From contig NC_135259.1 in assembly GCF_964204865.1 (NCBI RefSeq), positions 14,570,001 to 14,634,000 on the forward strand: DNA of 64,000 nt, written 5' to 3'. Under the pieces are notes generated by a model, which was given only the letters and a program-made list of their open reading frames with translations, did not search any database and was not told where the DNA came from. Shown piece after piece: positions 61,084 to 64,000 of this stretch; within the stretch, counting starts at the first letter, position 1, and the number at the start of each line of letters is the position of its first letter. The DNA is from Styela clava (lineage: Eukaryota). The position numbers and the translations under genes were made by a program.

Positions 61084-63468
61084 TGTTATAATCAAAAAAT
61101 AACATACACAGCCATTGGAGAATTAAATCGAGGTCGACTATTTTCATTTGTCAGCTTACAAAAACTAATTATACAATACACCAAATATTTTCTCTAGAAA
61201 TAAACACCTAGAACGATACGGCCACACTGTGTACATTTCTCCAATCTTACAATAGAACCTACGTCAATTTCTTTTGGCAGCCGTACAAGGTCAAGATACC
61301 TTGCCAAACGGAAATAAAACGAAGAAGAATAGGTTAACTTGAGATACTGTAAATGACATTTTAAAGAAGCTTGCTGCCATTTTGACTGGATGTCAAACAC
61401 TATTTCCAATATTAAATTATCCAGTGTCAATGCAAAATACATTGCATTGTAGAGAGTGACCAACTATAATTGAGTAAACACGCAAAACCAGTATACTGTA
61501 AATAAAAATTAATAAAAAAGGTGCCACACTAACATCTAAGTCACAAAATTTGTTGAATACCAATGGCGCTTGATCACAGCTTTATTCAGAGTGATAGACG
61601 AGACAAGACGTATAAAAAATGAGTACTACTTCATAACCATATAATAAAAAGCAATTTGCTCCTGTTTGAAGAGAACTGCTGAACCAAAATCTCGTTTTGG
61701 AAATAGTCAAAAATGTAATAATGAGCAAAATAATTTTTGAATTTTGGGGAAAAAATATTGACTTTTAATATACACTCTATATTTCAAAGTTATCAATATA
61801 TATTTTCTGAAAAATGCAATATTAGGTGCTAATAGTATATGAAATGACTTGAGTGCTTTTCCATCCGCTAAACCAAATGTTTTTATGCTGCGCGCGATGT
61901 TATATGTTTGGATCGGCTACTGAATTGGTAATGTCTAACTTGTGATGTCAACGGTTAACCACTAAACCATTTGAGGATCAACATCACTAGCAGTATCGGT
62001 AGAATATGTTTTTATTTTATTTCGTGTGATTACAGATGGATCAACTTGCCAAATACAAACCTTATAAAATTGTATAAACGCACTTTTTTTTTATTGTATA
62101 GCGAGTTATAAATACATACATTAAATAACGATCGATCATTTCTGACAAAATAATCCTATTTCTGACTAAATATTATTTATTTAACCCTAGATATTATTTA
62201 GGGGATTAGTTATGTAAACCATATCGTCGTAATTGCTTCGGAGTATATACAAACTATGGTCTTTGGGAAAATTCCAATTATATCCAGCGGTCTAGATTTA
62301 TATGAAATTTATTTCATCTTAAGCGTTTAAAAACTCGCCATAACATTATTTTGTCAAAGTATGACATTTTGTGCGATAACAAAAAAATAAAAACATTACT
62401 TCCAAACTCCATTTCTTTTAATGTATTTCTTTAATAGTATTCTTTCACTTTCAACATTTTTTGGCCTAGTAACGACGTTCAGTGGATATATTATATATCT
62501 GTACGAAGATTGAAACCTAATGTCAAAATAATATTATTTTTACAACGATCGTTTTGTGTCGCGTGTCTTTGTGTAAACATCACGTGAGGAATGGTACACT
62601 TGATAAAAATAAAGCAAATTTCACTAAAATTAGAAGCTCTGATAATAGCGTGTGCTCTCAATTCTTCGGTTAACCCCGTTTAATTTAACGGTTAACCACA
62701 ACACATAATTTCATCCAGAATACTATACACTTGTATATATATTCCAGCTTTCCCTACCTTGCTAACTATTTACATATACGTGGGAACTTATACAAGGCCT
62801 TCCATTGACCAATTTCATAATATCCCCCCCCCCCCCTCAAATAAAATTGACTGATTTTATTTCAAAAAATTTACGTTGAATAAATAATATTAAAAGGGGT
62901 TCAACAATATTAAATAGAGCAAACAGTACCATATAGTTAAGTCGAAAAGCCATACATTTCTGGTTTCTCTCGGCCATAGTATTCATGTTTTGGTAAGGGA
63001 TAAGAGGGACTTCTTTCCAATAAAAACTCGACAACCCTGTGTTTTGAAATCCGTGTCAACACAACAACTCAGTCTTGTCAAACAAAATGTTTATCCGATC
63101 ACGACGAATATGTCAAACTTGTCATAAATTGTCGACAAGCATTGTGTCTATGCCAGAATACATATTTGTGTAATGTTAGAAGGCTTTCTCCTGTTAGTTT
63201 TGACATTATTTAGAATTCCTTATGAACTTGAACCTGAATGACCTACTTTTTACACAAACAAAAACTCTTTTGACAATCAGATAGGGGTATGCTCTCAAAT
63301 CGACATGTGATCGTTCGTGATTGGCTAGCGATAAAGGGCGCTCCAGAAGTGTGTGTACCAATATGGAAGTAACTAATTTTGTTCGCCTACTTTACATCAA
63401 GTTGTGTATAGAGCCTATGGGCCTATAGGCCTATGGGCATGGGGTATATTCACTTGGCTAACACAAAC

Positions 63469-63560
63469 AGTCCCCGAACTCGTCACAGAACTAAAATGTG
63501 AAAAATCGGAATAAAATTATGGCCTAACCCTAACCTGGTACAAATACTATTGGAGTACCC
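63469..63560. mobile_element. MITE family A fragment
   Basis: aaattatggcctaaccctaacctggtacaaatactattggagtaccc. Confidence 0.7.
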
Positions 63561-63649
63561 GGTAAGACTTAGACTGAACTGGCAGGTTATACATATTCAT
63601 TTCGATTCCCATTCCCACCACCTCACCCAGAATTTAAAAATGGGTAGGC

Positions 63650-64000
63650 CAGGGGTTCCCAACCTTTTAGAGCCGGCGGCCCTCTTTCGGAAGCTTTTAG
63701 CACTCATGGTCTCCCTGTTTACCATTCCAGCTGTATTTATATTGTTTTTGAATGTCAAATCCCACTATATTGAAACAATTCATGCGCAACAAAATGAAAA
63801 CAGTCTAGCAGTCCGCTAAATAACTTTATCAAGCAATGAAACTAGAAATGACGGAGAGTTTTTTTGTAAAGTAAAAAGTAAAATAAGTTTTGCGGCTAGC
63901 ATTGTGGTCCCCGACTAACTGCTCTGTGTTCAAATTATTTATGCTTGGTCCATTATTTCCTTTTCCAATTTCACGTATTTGGTAGGTGAAAAGCACTTGA
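63650..64000. mobile_element. Charlie-like hAT MITE left end (other end not seen)
   Basis: caggggttcccaacctttt terminus. The extent is uncertain. Confidence 0.45.

Overview
AT-rich animal genomic DNA with GT-AG introns. Gene content and compact architecture suggest an invertebrate chordate such as an ascidian, but this is inference only. The first ~36 kb is gene-dense: TCERG1/CA150 (+, single coding exon), EEA1 (+, 3 coding exons, the first 4.2 kb), IQCK (+, single coding exon, RFX X-box upstream), RPS9 (-, intronless, TCT/5'TOP start), SRSF2/SC35 (+, 5 coding exons, head-to-head with RPS9) and EIF3L (-, 16 coding exons, 535 aa). From ~36.4 kb to the end I find no host protein-coding exons, only transposon remnants: a Penelope-like retroelement with a hammerhead-like motif, hAT remnants, MITEs, tRNA-derived SINEs and Helentron/DINE-like repeats. 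The most interesting structure is a candidate multi-layer unproductive-splicing system at SRSF2. It comprises decoy acceptors and a possible 5-nt microexon in intron 1, a PTC-bearing cassette exon in intron 3, and a chain of non-coding exons downstream of the stop codon. The first of those exons carries a 41-bp tandem repeat that multimerises the SRSF2 ligand UCCAGU.
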